Assembly (NCBI GenBank): GCA_047967505.1
Contig: CM106538.1
Direction: 5' to 3' (one strand)
DNA: 64,000 nt
DNA from: Dipteris shenzhenensis
Lineage: Eukaryota
This document shows positions 1-12,150 of the stretch, piece after piece; the stretch's first letter is position 1; every line of letters starts with the position of its first letter. A model generated the notes under the pieces. It was not told the origin of the DNA. It saw only the letters and a program-made list of their open reading frames with translations, and did not search any database. A program made the translations under genes and the position numbers.

Positions 1-356
1 AACTGGCATCTGAAAGATGAGTATCTTGCCATAATCTACCCTATACATTTTGTGGCAGTATAGCAGTGGGAGAATGGCATTGAAAAGCTGAATGTCACAT
101 TTTTGGCTATATTATGCCTTATGTATATCATTGAGAGAATGGAATTTCAAAGATGAATTTCACATTTCTTGCAAGTCTCCAATGTGCAGTGTCATGTGAT
201 TAGTAGGGTAGTGGCATTCATATTGGCACTATGAGAATGGCACATGTGCCAATCTACATGTAAGTTTAGGGTTCATAGTGCTACTTTCTAGGTTCCACCA
301 CTGCCATTTTCCATTGGTGTTTTAGAGGATGGCACCTTTGCCATTCTCCACTAGTG
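1..356. mobile_element. Right terminus of a canonical CACTA DNA transposon (TIR plus subterminal repeats)
   Basis: 337-356 TTTGCCATTCTCCACTAGTG is the reverse complement of CACTAGTGGAGAATGGCAAA. Bases 1-345 carry many TGGCA/TGCCA motifs in both orientations, typical of CACTA subterminal repeats. The other end is not in the window. Confidence 0.6.
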
Positions 357-949
357 GAAAATAGAAGAATGCACATGTGAGTAGGTCAAACATTTGGGAT
401 ACCATTTGATCGCGTAAAAAAATTGAGCTTGCATGGGCATGGATTTCTTCAATGAATGGGTGTGTAGTGATCTAGTGCATGCAACAATTGTTTTGTAAGA
501 ACTCAAATTTGAAAATAAAGAGCATCCGAAATACACATGGAAATTTTCAATGTTGGTGAAACTAAACCACTCAAAAGCAATGTGCAAGATGCAACATCAT
601 TAAAATTTCTAAATAACTTTCACATGAGTCACGACTTCCGATCCTTAGAATGAATTACTAACTTTCCAAGGCAATGGTATATTACGTCAACTAATTCGTA
701 TCTCACACTACTATCGCAATCAGTCATGATCTACTATTATAAAGTGAATTTTGTGAAGTCACTATCGAAAAAAGTACGTACCTTTATTTAAAAAAACATA
801 CTTTTTAAATCCCTGATAAAATAGTACTTTTGTTTGGCTCTATAACCCAAAAATGTCTAAACTTTTGAATTACAAAAAGATTTCTATTATTCAAATTGGA
901 AAACATGACAAATAACAAAGAATAAGAATCTATTCCATTGAACTAGGAG

Positions 950-1575
950 AGTCCTTTAATCTTTTGATTTAAAATATCAATGTTTTTTTGGTGCAAATGT
1001 CAAGAACTTTTGACTCAAATCCCCATACACATGAATTTCTACATCTTGCAAATTAAGAATGTCCACACAGTGATGGCTCTCACTTTTCTTTTTTTTTTCC
1101 CTCTATTTTGTCATCTTTGGATCATACTTTCCCTTGAGTTTATCAATTGAATGAATTCTATACCAATGTACTTCCACAAAAGTAATAACATTGCCCTCAT
1201 AAATAAGCTTTGTGACTTTTACCAACCAAAATGGATGATTTTTTCCATCATCATTAGCAAGAACTGCTGTCATTGTGCCCTCATTTAGCTCATTAACATT
1301 ACCCTCCCATATTTCCTTCTCTTGTAGACAAAGTTTGACTATTGCACTACAATCCATGTTGCTTAGCTCGAACTATTGCACATGCTGTAATGGGTAATAA
1401 GAGCTTGAGTCCCTCCTATGGGATCCAACTTTTAGAGTTGGAATATTATTTGCTCCACTCCATGAGAGTATTTTCATCCTATTTCTCTATTTTAAATTGA
1501 TGTTGAAAGCTATATCATTGAGCTGCACATGTCATAGATACCGTCTCTAGTTCCATATGATCTAAAATCACATGT
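950..1575 (-). pseudogene. 3' half of a degenerate DUF7869-type DDE transposase gene
   Basis: The minus strand reads TCDFRSY...QHQFKIEK*DENTLMEWSK*YSNSKSWIP*EGLKLL, then ORF 1103-1357 (AVLANDDGKNHPFWLVKV...VEVHWY...GKYDP). It appears to continue the fragment ending PMPTIEGIKK at about 41540. Start coordinate is approximate. Confidence 0.55.
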
Positions 1576-1754
1576 TGTTGAGAGGAAGAGAAAGAGGAGA
1601 GAGACGGATACAAGAGTTGTGTTGAGAGGAAGAGACAAAGAAGAGAGACCAACACAAGAGTTGCTCCCAACAAAATGATTCTATTCATAGATCATAGGCA
1701 TATATATAGTTGAGGACTAGGTTGAGTTAGGGCAAGCTATATATAGCTCTAACA
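1576..1754 (-). repeat. 3' LTR of a LARD-like non-autonomous LTR element
   Basis: TGTTGAGAGG...CTCTAACA, followed by CCCCCACTCAAA (a PPT on the minus strand). Homologous LTRs lie at 40802-41011, 17594-17726 and 54076-54210. Confidence 0.85.
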
Positions 1755-2171
1755 CCCCCACTCAAACTAGGCCCTCTAGCTACGGATGAAAAAACCCTTG
1801 GGGAGTACAAGGGAAAAACCCGAGCCACTATATATATCTATGTGAAAATATATATACAAAGGATGGCCATATGCCAATTTGAATGATACAGTGTAATGCT
1901 GGATGATACAATGCAAATTGCATGTGGATAGTACAAGGAAATAAGACAAGCACTTGTCCATAGTATAGTGCAAAGTACAGGCACTATGTTTGGTGCATGA
2001 TAAAGTGCAAAGTATGTGTGAAAAATAGAAAAATCTTCCTAGAAATCTCAACTTGTTTGACATAGTCAAATTTCGTGTGGATAGTACAAGGGAATAAGAC
2101 AAGCACTTGTCCATGGGACAATGCAAAGTATAGGCATTATGTTTGGTGCATGATATAGTGCAAAGTATGTG

Positions 2172-2417
2172 CTCGGGGTGGTCAGTCATCATATGTAACC
2201 CTATCACGTGAGTTCAATAGAAGGATATTTTTAATATCTATAATTTACAAAAATTTACTTACATAAGGGAGTTTTTTAATGGATTTTGGAAAAAAATTAT
2301 AGATTTGTATAGAAAAAGGGTACATTTTATTAATGGAAAAATGACATATAAGGTATTTTACAAATAGGCCTTGAACGCACGTGATATAGAGGGTTTATAC
2401 ATAGTGACCCCCCTGAG
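2172..2417. mobile_element. 246-bp MITE with 8-bp TSD
   Basis: TIRs CTCGGGGTGGTCAGT ... AGTGACCCCCCTGAG. TSD AGTATGTG at 2164-2171 and 2418-2425. An empty paralogous site (AGTATGTGTGAAAAATAG) is at about 2011. Confidence 0.85.
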
Positions 2418-2449
2418 AGTATGTGTGAAAAATAGAAATATCTTCCTAA

Positions 2450-3052
2450 AAATGTCACTTGTGTAGTGTAAGAAAGCCATAGCAACACAATAGAAAGACC
2501 CATAATGATCCTGCAAATCAAGAACCAATAATCTAGAAACACAACGAGCATCCGGACATCCGAAAGTACTGAACAATTGAGCATCCCAGAAGTACATAAC
2601 AACTGGGCAGCTGGAAGTACCAAACAACTAGATTTACCACAACAACACAAAGCACCCACAGACATGCACACAGATGCATTTCCTTAACTAAAAAAAAAAC
2701 TTACGGGTGCATCTATTTGTGCGTCTAAGGACCCACGTCTCTAGGCACGTGAAATGTCGCTTGCGTAGTGTAAGAAAGCCATAGCAACACAAAAGAAAGG
2801 CCCATAATGATCTTGCAAATCACGAACCAATAATCTAGAAACACAACGAGCATTCGAACATCTGAAAGTACTGAACAATTGAGCATCCCAGAAGTACAGA
2901 ACAACTGGGCAGCCGTAAGTACCAAACAACTGGAAATACCACAACAACACAAAGCACCCACATACGCGCACACAGACGCGTTTCCTTAACTAAAAAAAAA
3001 CTTACAGGTGCATCTATTTACGCGTCTAAGGACCCATGTCTCTAGGCGCGTC
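2450..3052. repeat. Tandem duplication (~302-bp unit) including the left end of the CACAA transposon
   Basis: 2450-2751 and 2752-3052 are near-identical. Each contains TAC|CACAACAACACAAAGCACCC (at 2638 and 2940). Confidence 0.85.
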
Positions 3053-3648
3053 TATATAATAGACAGATGCACCTATAGATGCGCCTATAGACGCTTTGTA
3101 GAAATTAAAAAAAAACAAAAAGACACGTACATAGATGCACTTATAGACACTTCTATTTGCAAGGCATGGACAGTGCTCAATCCTCCTACATATTGCATGT
3201 ACACATATAAAGTCTTTTTTTTAATAAAAGCAAAAATTTGTGTGGTTGAACAGAATGCTGTGTATCTTGTGTATGCTATGTGGTTATAAGAATCCCATTT
3301 CCACATTGTGCAATTCAATTCTTATAGCCAACTGCATTTTAAGTAGCACGTTTCCAAGCACGTCTATAGCCAATGATTACAATTCTAAATAAAACATTAC
3401 AACTCCAAAACGTTTAGTTCACAAGGCATTCATAGAATGTTGCACAAGGAAATTGAAAGCCAAAAAAATAAAAGGAGTGTATATTAATTCATAGCCCAAA
3501 AAGTGCTTATATGTACATATAGCATGAACCCAAGCCATGTCCTATGGCTTCAAGTACAAAAAATAAGAGGAGTGTATATACAGGAGAGGCATGAAACCAA
3601 GCCAATGGCTTCAAGTACAAAAAAGAGTAGCTAGCACTACTTCTACGA

Positions 3649-5024
3649 CTAATCTAAGTTCTCCGCATCCTCGCTCCCTTCTTCTCTCCCTTCTTCCTCA
3701 TCTTCTTCCTCCTGATCAGCCCTAGGACCCTGTAAACGAGGGACAACATGTATCAATATATGAAAAATCAAATCTTTATCTATAATATTGACATTATTTA
3801 ATTACTTTTAAATACCTCGGGGGGCGCTCTAGTAGCCCGGATATACTGCTCCTCAATAATCAACCCGTCATCATAGAAGTGCCTCCATGTATCTCCTCTG
3901 CGATGGTGGAGGTGTTAGGCTGTCTCGACAGGAGTAGGGTACCTGCCCACGATATCAAGCTGCAAGATGAAACAATTTGTGGAGGGGTTAGTACAAAGAA
4001 TCAACCTCCTAATAAATCACATAAACACAATATAATTTGAGATCGATACTTATAAATTGGGCCTCCCATGATTCAACACCCCCTGCTCCAAAATGGCTCC
4101 ATTTGGATCCTTCATTCCTCCACGTGCTGCAGACTGGGTCTGTCTTCGGTGCCTTTGCTTTCTTCCACTCACACTTGTGTGGTGTGGGGCTGTCCCTTTG
4201 GTGGTTGACCTCCCTCTCTCCTGGCAATCTCGGCTAGTGCCTCCACTTAAGCAAAGATCTTTTATTGGTAAGTATCATAACAATCTTTGACTTGGCCCAT
4301 TTATTTATGAACTGAACATTGGGGGGATTGGGATACCTAGAGCAAATAGTAGCGAGGGTCTCATCTTCCAACTTTTCAAGCTGGTCTTTGTAGTGAATAA
4401 AGCAATCTCTATAGTTGTTAGCAATTACAGAGCGCATGAAGCCCATGATGTCCTTCCCCCATGCATCCATCAAGATGCCTCCTGTGTGAGTGATGTCATA
4501 GAAGATTGTACCATCACCCTTTGGCATCATTTGAATCATCCTCACCCCTGCCATTACCCCCTCCAAAGCACTATGCCATGCATCCCCCACCGCTCTCCCT
4601 GCTACTACGCCTGATGCCCTATCGTGTCGAGCTAGTACACTCGCCATTCGTAGCTGGAGAAGCGACTCTCAACTGCACGGGACTATGTTGGCCACTCATA
4701 GCGTGGAGAAGTGACTCTCGACTGCATAGGAGTACACTGGCGGCTCTGTGAGGCATAAGGATCTCCTGACCATAGGGGGGGAGAAGGGGCTTGGCTCTGT
4801 AGCCTACTGGGCTATCTCAACTCCACTGGGGTAATCTCAGCTGGTGTGGGATTGGGGTGGTTTGGTGTCTGTACTGCTGACTCTTGGGGGGTGTGTAGAG
4901 TACCCGTCATGTATGTGTATAACTCCCTAGGAATGGGAGGGTGCCCCAAAATGTTATATAACTCTTGAAAGATGGCATCCCAAAGATCAGGTGAGGCTGA
5001 AGAGCTTCCTGTCCAGATGATGAG
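3649..5024 (-). pseudogene. Second (TnpA-like/accessory) spliced gene of the CACAA transposon, degenerate
   Basis: Exon-like segments with GT-AG ends read DGTIFYDIT...FMRSVIANNYRD...RYPNPP...KWAKSKIV, SHFGAGG, GRYPTPVE and an acidic tail ending in TAG at 3649. A diverged paralog at 15213-15808 conserves the protein. TnpA identity is inferred from position. Confidence 0.55.
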
Positions 5025-5221
5025 CTAAAGAAAAGAAAAGAAGAAGATTACCATCAAGCATGCCTTGTTTCCATCATGCATGCCCTCTTTCCATCATGCA
5101 AAAGAAAAAATAGAGTGACAGCCTGACATTCAGCAAGCATTTACAGACTCCTACATTCTTTGAATTAGAGTGACAGAAGTCTGTATCTGCTTGCTCAATG
5201 TTAGGCTATTGAAGCTTCACG

Positions 5222-6290
5222 TGGGGAAAAAGAGAGAAGGAAAGAGAGGAGAAAAGACAGGAAAAGAGAGGGGAAAAGAGAAGGAAGACAGGAGGAAAGA
5301 GAGGAGAAAAGAGAGAAAGTGAAAAGAGAAAAAGTGAGGATAAAAGAGAGAAAAAGAGAGAAGGAAAGAGAGGAGAAAAGAGAGGAAAAGAGAGGAGAAA
5401 AAAGAGAGGAGATAAGAGAGAAAAAGAGAGGAAATGAGACGAAAAGAGAGAAAGTGAAAAGAGAAAAAGCGAGGATAAAAGAGAGAAAAAGAGAGAAGGA
5501 AAGAGAGACGAAAAGAGAGGAGAAAAGAGAGGAAAATAGAGGAAAAGAGAGGAGAAAAAATAGAGAGAAAGAGAGGAGAAAAAAGAGAGAAAAAGAGAGG
5601 AGATAAGAGAGAAAAAGAGAGGAGAAAAGAGACGAAAAGAGAGAAGGAAAGAGAGAATAAAAGAGAAGGAAAAAGAGAAGGAAAGAGAGGATAAAAGAGA
5701 AGGAAAAAGAGAGAAAAGGTGGATAAAGGAGAGAAAAAGAGAGAAGGAAAGAGATGAGAAAAGAGAAGAAAATAAAGGAAAAGAGAGGAGGAAAGAGAGA
5801 GGAGATAAGAGAGAAAAAGAGAGGAGAAAAGAAAAGGAAAGAGAGGAGAAAAGAGAGGAAAAAAGATGAAAAAAAAGAGAGAAAAAGAGAGGAGATAAGA
5901 GAGGAAAAGAGACAAAAAGAGAGGAGAACAGAGAGGAGAAAAAAGAGAGAAAAAGAGAGGAGATAAGAGAGAAAAAGAGAGGAAAAAAGAGGAGGAAAGA
6001 GGTGTGAAAATAGAGGAAAGGAGAGGGGAAAAGAGAGGAACAAAGAGGAGAAAAAAGACTAAAAAAGAATGCTCCATCATGCATGCCCTCTTTCTTTATC
6101 CCGCCCTCATGCTTCAGTCCAATTTTCCTCTTTCTTGGACTTGCCCTCAAGCAATCACTTATTTCCATCATTTATGCAATCCCTTATTTCCTCACGAATG
6201 CTTAAGGGAAAGAGAAGGGGAAGGGGAAGGGGAAGGGAAAGAGAAGGAAAAGGAAGGGGAAGGAGAAGGGGAAGGGGAAAGGGAAGAACA
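5222..6290. repeat. Long polypurine (GA-rich) low-complexity tract
   Basis: About 850 bp of almost only A/G on the plus strand, built from recurring GAGAGGAGATAAGAGAGAAAAAGAGAGG units. A second GGGGAA tract lies at 6205-6290. Confidence 0.9.
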
Positions 6291-6999
6291 CACAGGAAAA
6301 ACTGTCATAGCGCGGAGCTATAGACACGTCTAACAGTGCATCTACAGGCGCGGCTGTCTGTTTTTCTAAAAATTAGACACGCTATTAGATGCATCTATAG
6401 ACATGCTCTGACAGACATCTTTTTAAAAGAAGCTGAAAAGGACATGCACCCGACTCCAAAAAGAACAACACTAGTACCAAAAACATCCCTTTCCTGCATA
6501 CGACAAAGGACAAATCCAAAGAGAGCAACTTCCAAAGAAGACCAACCGCATAGAGACTTACCTTGGATAGAGGTATGGAAGCTTCTTGTCCTTCTTCAAA
6601 GTTGCTTCTCTTTCTTCTCTTCCTTGTTCACCCCCTTCTCTTGTATGCTTGGGGATGACTATGTAAGCCTAGAGATGAGTGTGGGTGCTTGGAGATAAGT
6701 GTGGATGCCTGGAGCTTTGTCTGTCAATAGGAAAGCAAGACACATGACACTAAAAGTATGTGAAGGAAAGAAAGCGCACTAAAAGTAGGTTCAAAAATCA
6801 GCTCGTAGCCTGCGTGTCTAAACACGTGTCTAAAAGTAGGTCTAAAAGCGCATCTATGAGCATGGCTACACTATGTTTTAGACATGTAGACGCATTCCAC
6901 AGTATAGACGCAGTGTTAGACGCGCTTTTAGATGCTACACAAAGTTTTGACATTTACAACTCATGCAAGAGCACATTTTTTGGGTTGTTTATCAGTAGG

Positions 7000-9900
7000 A
7001 TGTCTTCATCTTCAACAAGTAGCTCCAGCGAGGATGAATCCCTTCGTATCCACCATCGCAAAATGTGGTTGGAGAAAAAAATCAAATGTATGTGTGATCG
7101 ATGTCGAGGAAACATGTATCATGCACGCAGAATTACACTCAATCACATCTCAAAGTATGGAGAATGGGATGCGACCATAAACATGGTAAGTGTTAAAGAG
7201 TTAAGGTTGATTGAGATACCTATGGGTGCTCATGTGTTTGATATATGATCCTTTTTTAATTTGATACAGGATGCAGTGCCACACCCGCATATGTTGCCCT
7301 ATGCTCGTCCTGAGGAGGCGAAGCATCGACGATATGAGGTGGGATCTTCAAGAGGGACCATTACGGATGCATGGAGTGATGGTGATAGTAGCCCTCTACC
7401 ATTACCTCAGGAGGCCATGGAGGAGGAGGTGTTTGATGATATGGTGCAGGATTTATATATCCATAATTCCTCAGGTAGGGATGATAGCATGGAGCAGGAT
7501 GATCTTTTTACTGCAGCATCAACTCCACTGTTTGAGGGGTGCACATTTTTTGTTCTATGTGCCTCCCTTGATTTACTAAACTTGCAGACCATCTATGGAT
7601 GGAACAATGCAAGTTTGAATGCATTACTCACGTAAGCTTTAAAGTCTATTTTGCAAACATGGTGAATTATGCTAGTTGGTAAATTCCTCAAATGTTTTTT
7701 CTCATTTATGGTCTTCACGTGCAGGCTATTGTGTAAAATGCTTCCAAGGGAGAATAAATTACTGACCTCAAGAGATATGGCAAGGAAACATGTGACCTCT
7801 CTTGGAGGATTAGATTACAAGTGCACCCATGCATGCGTCAATGATTGTGTTCTGTTTCATGGACCACATAAGGATGGAAGAGAGTGTCCTACTTGTGGAG
7901 AGGCAAGATATAGAGCACATCTCAAAACTTTGGATGTGCCTCATAAGGTTCTGTGACATTTTTCCAATAATCCCTCGCATCCAACATATGTTCAAGTGCA
8001 AATCCATTGCAGAGCTCATGTCATGGCATTCCTCCCATTGATCAACCGATGGCAAGTGGAGAACTCTCGCAGACACTCCTGCGTGGAAGCATATTGAAGA
8101 CACATGGCCAAGCTTCAAGGAAGAACCTAGGAACTTGAGACTTGGGTTGGGTATGGATGGTGTGAATCCATTTGGTCTCAAAAGCACCTCTTATAGTGTA
8201 TGGCCAGTGATATTGGTGAATTATAATCTTCCACCCTCTATGGCGATTAAGAAAGGACATGTTATGTTATCCCTTCCAATTCCAAGGAAACATAAAGTAA
8301 AAAATCATGATGTTTATTTGGAGCCTTTGATTGATGAGCTAGAGATAATTTGGAGAGGTATCGAGGTGCATGATGTGAGCAGGCCTCCCTTGTCACGAGA
8401 CTTCAACTACAAAGCAATCTTGATGTGGATGATGCATGACTTTCCAGGCTATGGCGAGTGTTTAGGTAAGCATTGAAATTTTAATTATGAGTAGGCAATC
8501 GAGGTGGCACTCTGAACCCACCTTGAACTCTTGATTGCATCTATTGTTCAGGTCTCACTACATTGGGATGCATTCCATAAGGTCATCTATGAGAATCACC
8601 GTCGATTTCTTCCAGCTGATCATCCTAGATATGTCGCCCCTTGGAATAAAGGCCCCCCACAGTCACTCCCTGTAGGAGATTGGATAAGCATTTGGGACAG
8701 TTCCACGACTCTTCCACCACTTGGCATGAACCAGTAAGGGTTTGTAACTATTATGTGCTATATTGAATGGAAATAAAGATTGAATGCTAACACCAACTTT
8801 TGTTTAGATAATCCATCTTTTTTAGCGACTACCATATTGATCCCACCTCAAGATCAATCACTTGCTTGATCCCATGCATATCTTCAAGAATGTGGCGTCT
8901 ACCATTTGGGAACATTAAATTGGACATGAGATTCCGCAAGCATAAGGGAGGATCTATGCACCACAAGGAGGATGTGTGCACCTTGGCCACAAGAGAGGCC
9001 AAATGGGCATGTTTTTTTACCTCATGCACCATGGAAGTTATCAAAGCTAGAGATGGTAGCAGTGAAACAAGCTATCACTATAATTCATACTCCCACTGGA
9101 TGCATGAGGTGTTTGAAGGGGGCCTTCACAAAGAGTAAGAAAAGAGGTGTAGAGCAATTATATGGCTTGAAATCCCATGATTGGCACAAGATGCTCCAAG
9201 TAAGTATTTTATGTGCATAATATCTTTTTCCTTCCAAATTTGTGAGTGAATTAGAAGTAACTAATCAACCATTCCTCATGTGTTCAGTTCATACTACCTA
9301 CTAGCATTTCTCGTAGTGCATTGAAGGACATGAAGGATTGTATTTACAAGATGGGCGAGCTTGTGAGGTACTTTACAGGATACAAAATGTGAAGCATATC
9401 AATGCTCCATGCAAGGTTTTCATATTACTAATATGGTGTACTTTTTCCTTTCTAGGTATATGAGCTCAAAGGAAATAGATCCCACCATGCTTGAGAATGC
9501 TTGAGTTATGTCAGTGGAGGTGGTTTGTTTAGTGGAGGAGACATTTCCACATTATATTCTCACAAGCCAACTACATCTCATAGTGCATTTGGTGGATGAG
9601 ATTGCTATATGCGCTACTGTACATGCACGATGGTTGTTCTTCCTCGAGCGCTTCATGAAGACATGGAAGGGTTTTCTGAGACAAAATGCAAGGCCCGAAG
9701 GTAGCATGGCCAAGGGTTGGTTGGTACAAGAGTCACTTGTATATATTTCTAAGTTTCTTGTTAATGTGGATAGCTCTCTCCCAAGACTATGGAGAAATGA
9801 TGAAGACCTAAGAATGACCTCTATTGTGCGTCAAGGGAAAGGACGGAGCAAAGTAATAGACACGGAGTTGCTTAATAATATCAACCTTTATTGCATGCTT

Positions 9901-10989
9901 AATAGTGATGTGATGAAAAGATGGGTGACAAGACACAAGGATGCTAAGGCAAGAAGAGAAGGAGAAAGGGCCCTCTTTCGTACACACCATGGATCTCATG
10001 TGCCATACCCTCAGCATCTAAGAGCACTTCCAAAGAATACTCATGTGGATTGGTTACTTGACGAAATGGAGAGAGCAAAGAGAGACGAGGGGATGCATAT
10101 CACAATGGAAGAATGGGAGTATGCTAGGGGATGCATGAGCAAGATCAGTATATAGAATGTTATGCATAAGTTAGGAGCTTTCAACAATTTAGATTGCTTA
10201 TTTAATTGATTTTGTCTTGGTGTAGTGTACTATGTTCAATGCTATATGGTGTGAGGGCAAGCATTTTCGAACACAACGGATTGATGATAAGAGAAACAAA
10301 CAGGATTGCGGCATCATTGCTAGCTTTGAGGGAGCCAACGAAGCCATGGATGATTATTGTGGCATAATCAGAAATATTATTAAGCTCGACTTTCGACGCT
10401 TCTTTGTGTATGTTTTGGATGTAAAGTGGTTTAAGGACGTGGTGGAAAGAGGCCCTAATTCAACAATCAAATGCCATGCAAGTGGCTTTGTAACTATTGA
10501 GTCCACAAAGTTTTGGCAAAGTAAGAAGGACACACTAGTACTACGGCAACAATGTGAACAGGTATTGTACACACATATAAAAATACTCACTTTTAAATAT
10601 TTGATACCTTCGATGCAAGGAAAATAACATGATTGTATTTGTGTTTGATTTAGGTTGTCTATCAACCAATGGTGGATAATAATAGGTGGTGGCATGTCAT
10701 ACCTATTATGCCACATTCCAAAGTGATGTATAGTACATTTACTAATATGGAGTGTATGGAGGATGATCATGGCCATGGAGGTGATGATGACCGTGATATG
10801 AGAGAGGAGGATGATCATGAGATAAGAGATACAGATATTGAGGCCATTGGTGATGTTGATTTTGATGAGAACATCAGTAGCACAAGTACTAGTGGGCTGA
10901 ATGTATTTGTAGATCTCAATATTGGTTTGGATTTTGAAGTAGATAGTTTGGCAAGGGTTGATCTCATTGAGGATGAGATTGAACCATAG
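7000..10989 (+). pseudogene. CACTA Tnp2-family transposase (transposase-associated, Transposase_21, DUF4218, DUF4216-like regions), intron-rich, with stops and frameshifts
   Basis: Motifs KIKCMCDRC..HISKYG; TPLFEGC; HACVNDCVLF..CPTCGEARY; RNLRLGLGMDGVNPFG; WPVILVNYNLPP; DVYLEPLIDEL; HDFPGYG; GLKSHDWH; HLIVHLVDE..WLFFLERFMK..ARPEGSMA; DCGI..DDYCGII. Confidence 0.9.
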
Positions 10990-11629
10990 CCCATCATTGA
11001 TATTGGTAAAACTATTTTACATATTGTCTCATTCTCCTCACCTCACTTAATTTTTGTATATGTGGGTTTGCCAAAAAGCATTGATATTTTTATTAAAATT
11101 ATGTGCTTTGGTAATCATAGGCAATGTTTGGAAAGTAGTGATGTACATTTATCAGCCTGCACCAAAATCTCACTTTCTGTATTCTCTATTTTGCATTTAT
11201 AAAGGCATCTAAGCCGGCATCTAATTCATAGTATAGATGCACTATTAGATGTGTAAATAGATGCACTATTAGATGCGCCCGTACTTTCACTATTCTAGCA
11301 GTGCCTATAGACGCGCCTGCTATTTTGTGCATCTATCAAGTGCATCTATAGTTGCTTTGTCTTATTGTGTATGAACAATTGGGCATCCTAGAACTACCGA
11401 ACAACTAGGTAGCTGGAAGTATCGAACAACTAAAAATACAACGAGAATTTAAGCCACACACGTATGACAAGAGGCAAGCTTGTTTGGATTAGACACATCT
11501 TACATAATTATAGAGGGAATAAAATAACAACCTCTTCGCATCTGAAAGTACCAAACAACTGGGAAGACAAGCATCCGAGATTACAAAGAACATCTAGGAG
11601 TAACCAAGAAAATGGGCATCCGGGAATAG

Positions 11630-12150
11630 TGATCACATCCAAACAAGTACTCAATAGTAATGCATATGTGCCACGTCCAAACGAGTACCCAATAAATAAT
11701 CCATATGTGCCATGTCCAAACGAGTACTGAAGAAGTAATCTATGTGTGTTCATCTGAAAAACATTGAACCTTGCCATGTGCAAATGAGTACGCAATATGA
11801 CCATGTGCAAATGAGTACTCAATATGTGATCCATATGTGTCCATCGTGAAAGCTAGATAAATATGTATCACATCCAAACGAGGACTTAGTAATAATCCAT
11901 GTACCACATCCAGACGAGTAAATATGTGTCATATCCAAATGAGGAGTCAGATATAATCCATGTACCACATGTAGACGAGTACTCTAGTAGCTAGCCATAT
12001 GCCATGTCCAAATGAGTACTCAAGCAATTAGCCATATGTGCTCATAAGTATTGTCACCTGAAAGACGTTGAACCTTGCCACGTTCAAACTAGTATGCAAT
12101 AAGTAATCCATAGATGCCACGGCCAAAGGAGTACTCAATAAGTCAGCCAT
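11630..12150. repeat. Degenerate ~30-bp tandem repeat array inside the LARD
   Basis: Recurring AATAATCCAT(ATGT/GTAC)CACATCCA(A/G)ACGAGTACTC units. Homologous arrays at about 31350-31870, 37190-37640 and 37910-38420. Confidence 0.8.

Larger units (their letters stand above)
2940..11369 (+). mobile_element. Full-length decayed CACTA/En-Spm-superfamily transposon with CACAA termini
   Basis: TIRs CACAACAACACAAAGCA (2940) and TGCTTTGTCTTATTGTG (ends 11369). TSD TAC/TAT (TAC in the duplicate at 36927-36929). Empty site GGAAA-TAC-GAACAATTGGG at about 28271. TAGACGC/GCGTCTA subterminal repeats and an internal Tnp2 transposase. Confidence 0.85.

Noticed and set aside
5201-6333. Long F/S/L-rich and E/K/R-rich ORFs (280-321 aa)
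   Set aside because: They are open in several frames only because the polypurine tract lacks stop codons.
6469-6484. CACTAGTACCAAAAAC as a CACTA TIR
   Set aside because: No partner TIR, TSD or adjacent repeat cluster. It lies inside an element whose ends are already defined.
11630-12150. Repeat array as a CRISPR locus
   Set aside because: Degenerate tandem units without unique spacers, no cas genes, and a plant TE context.
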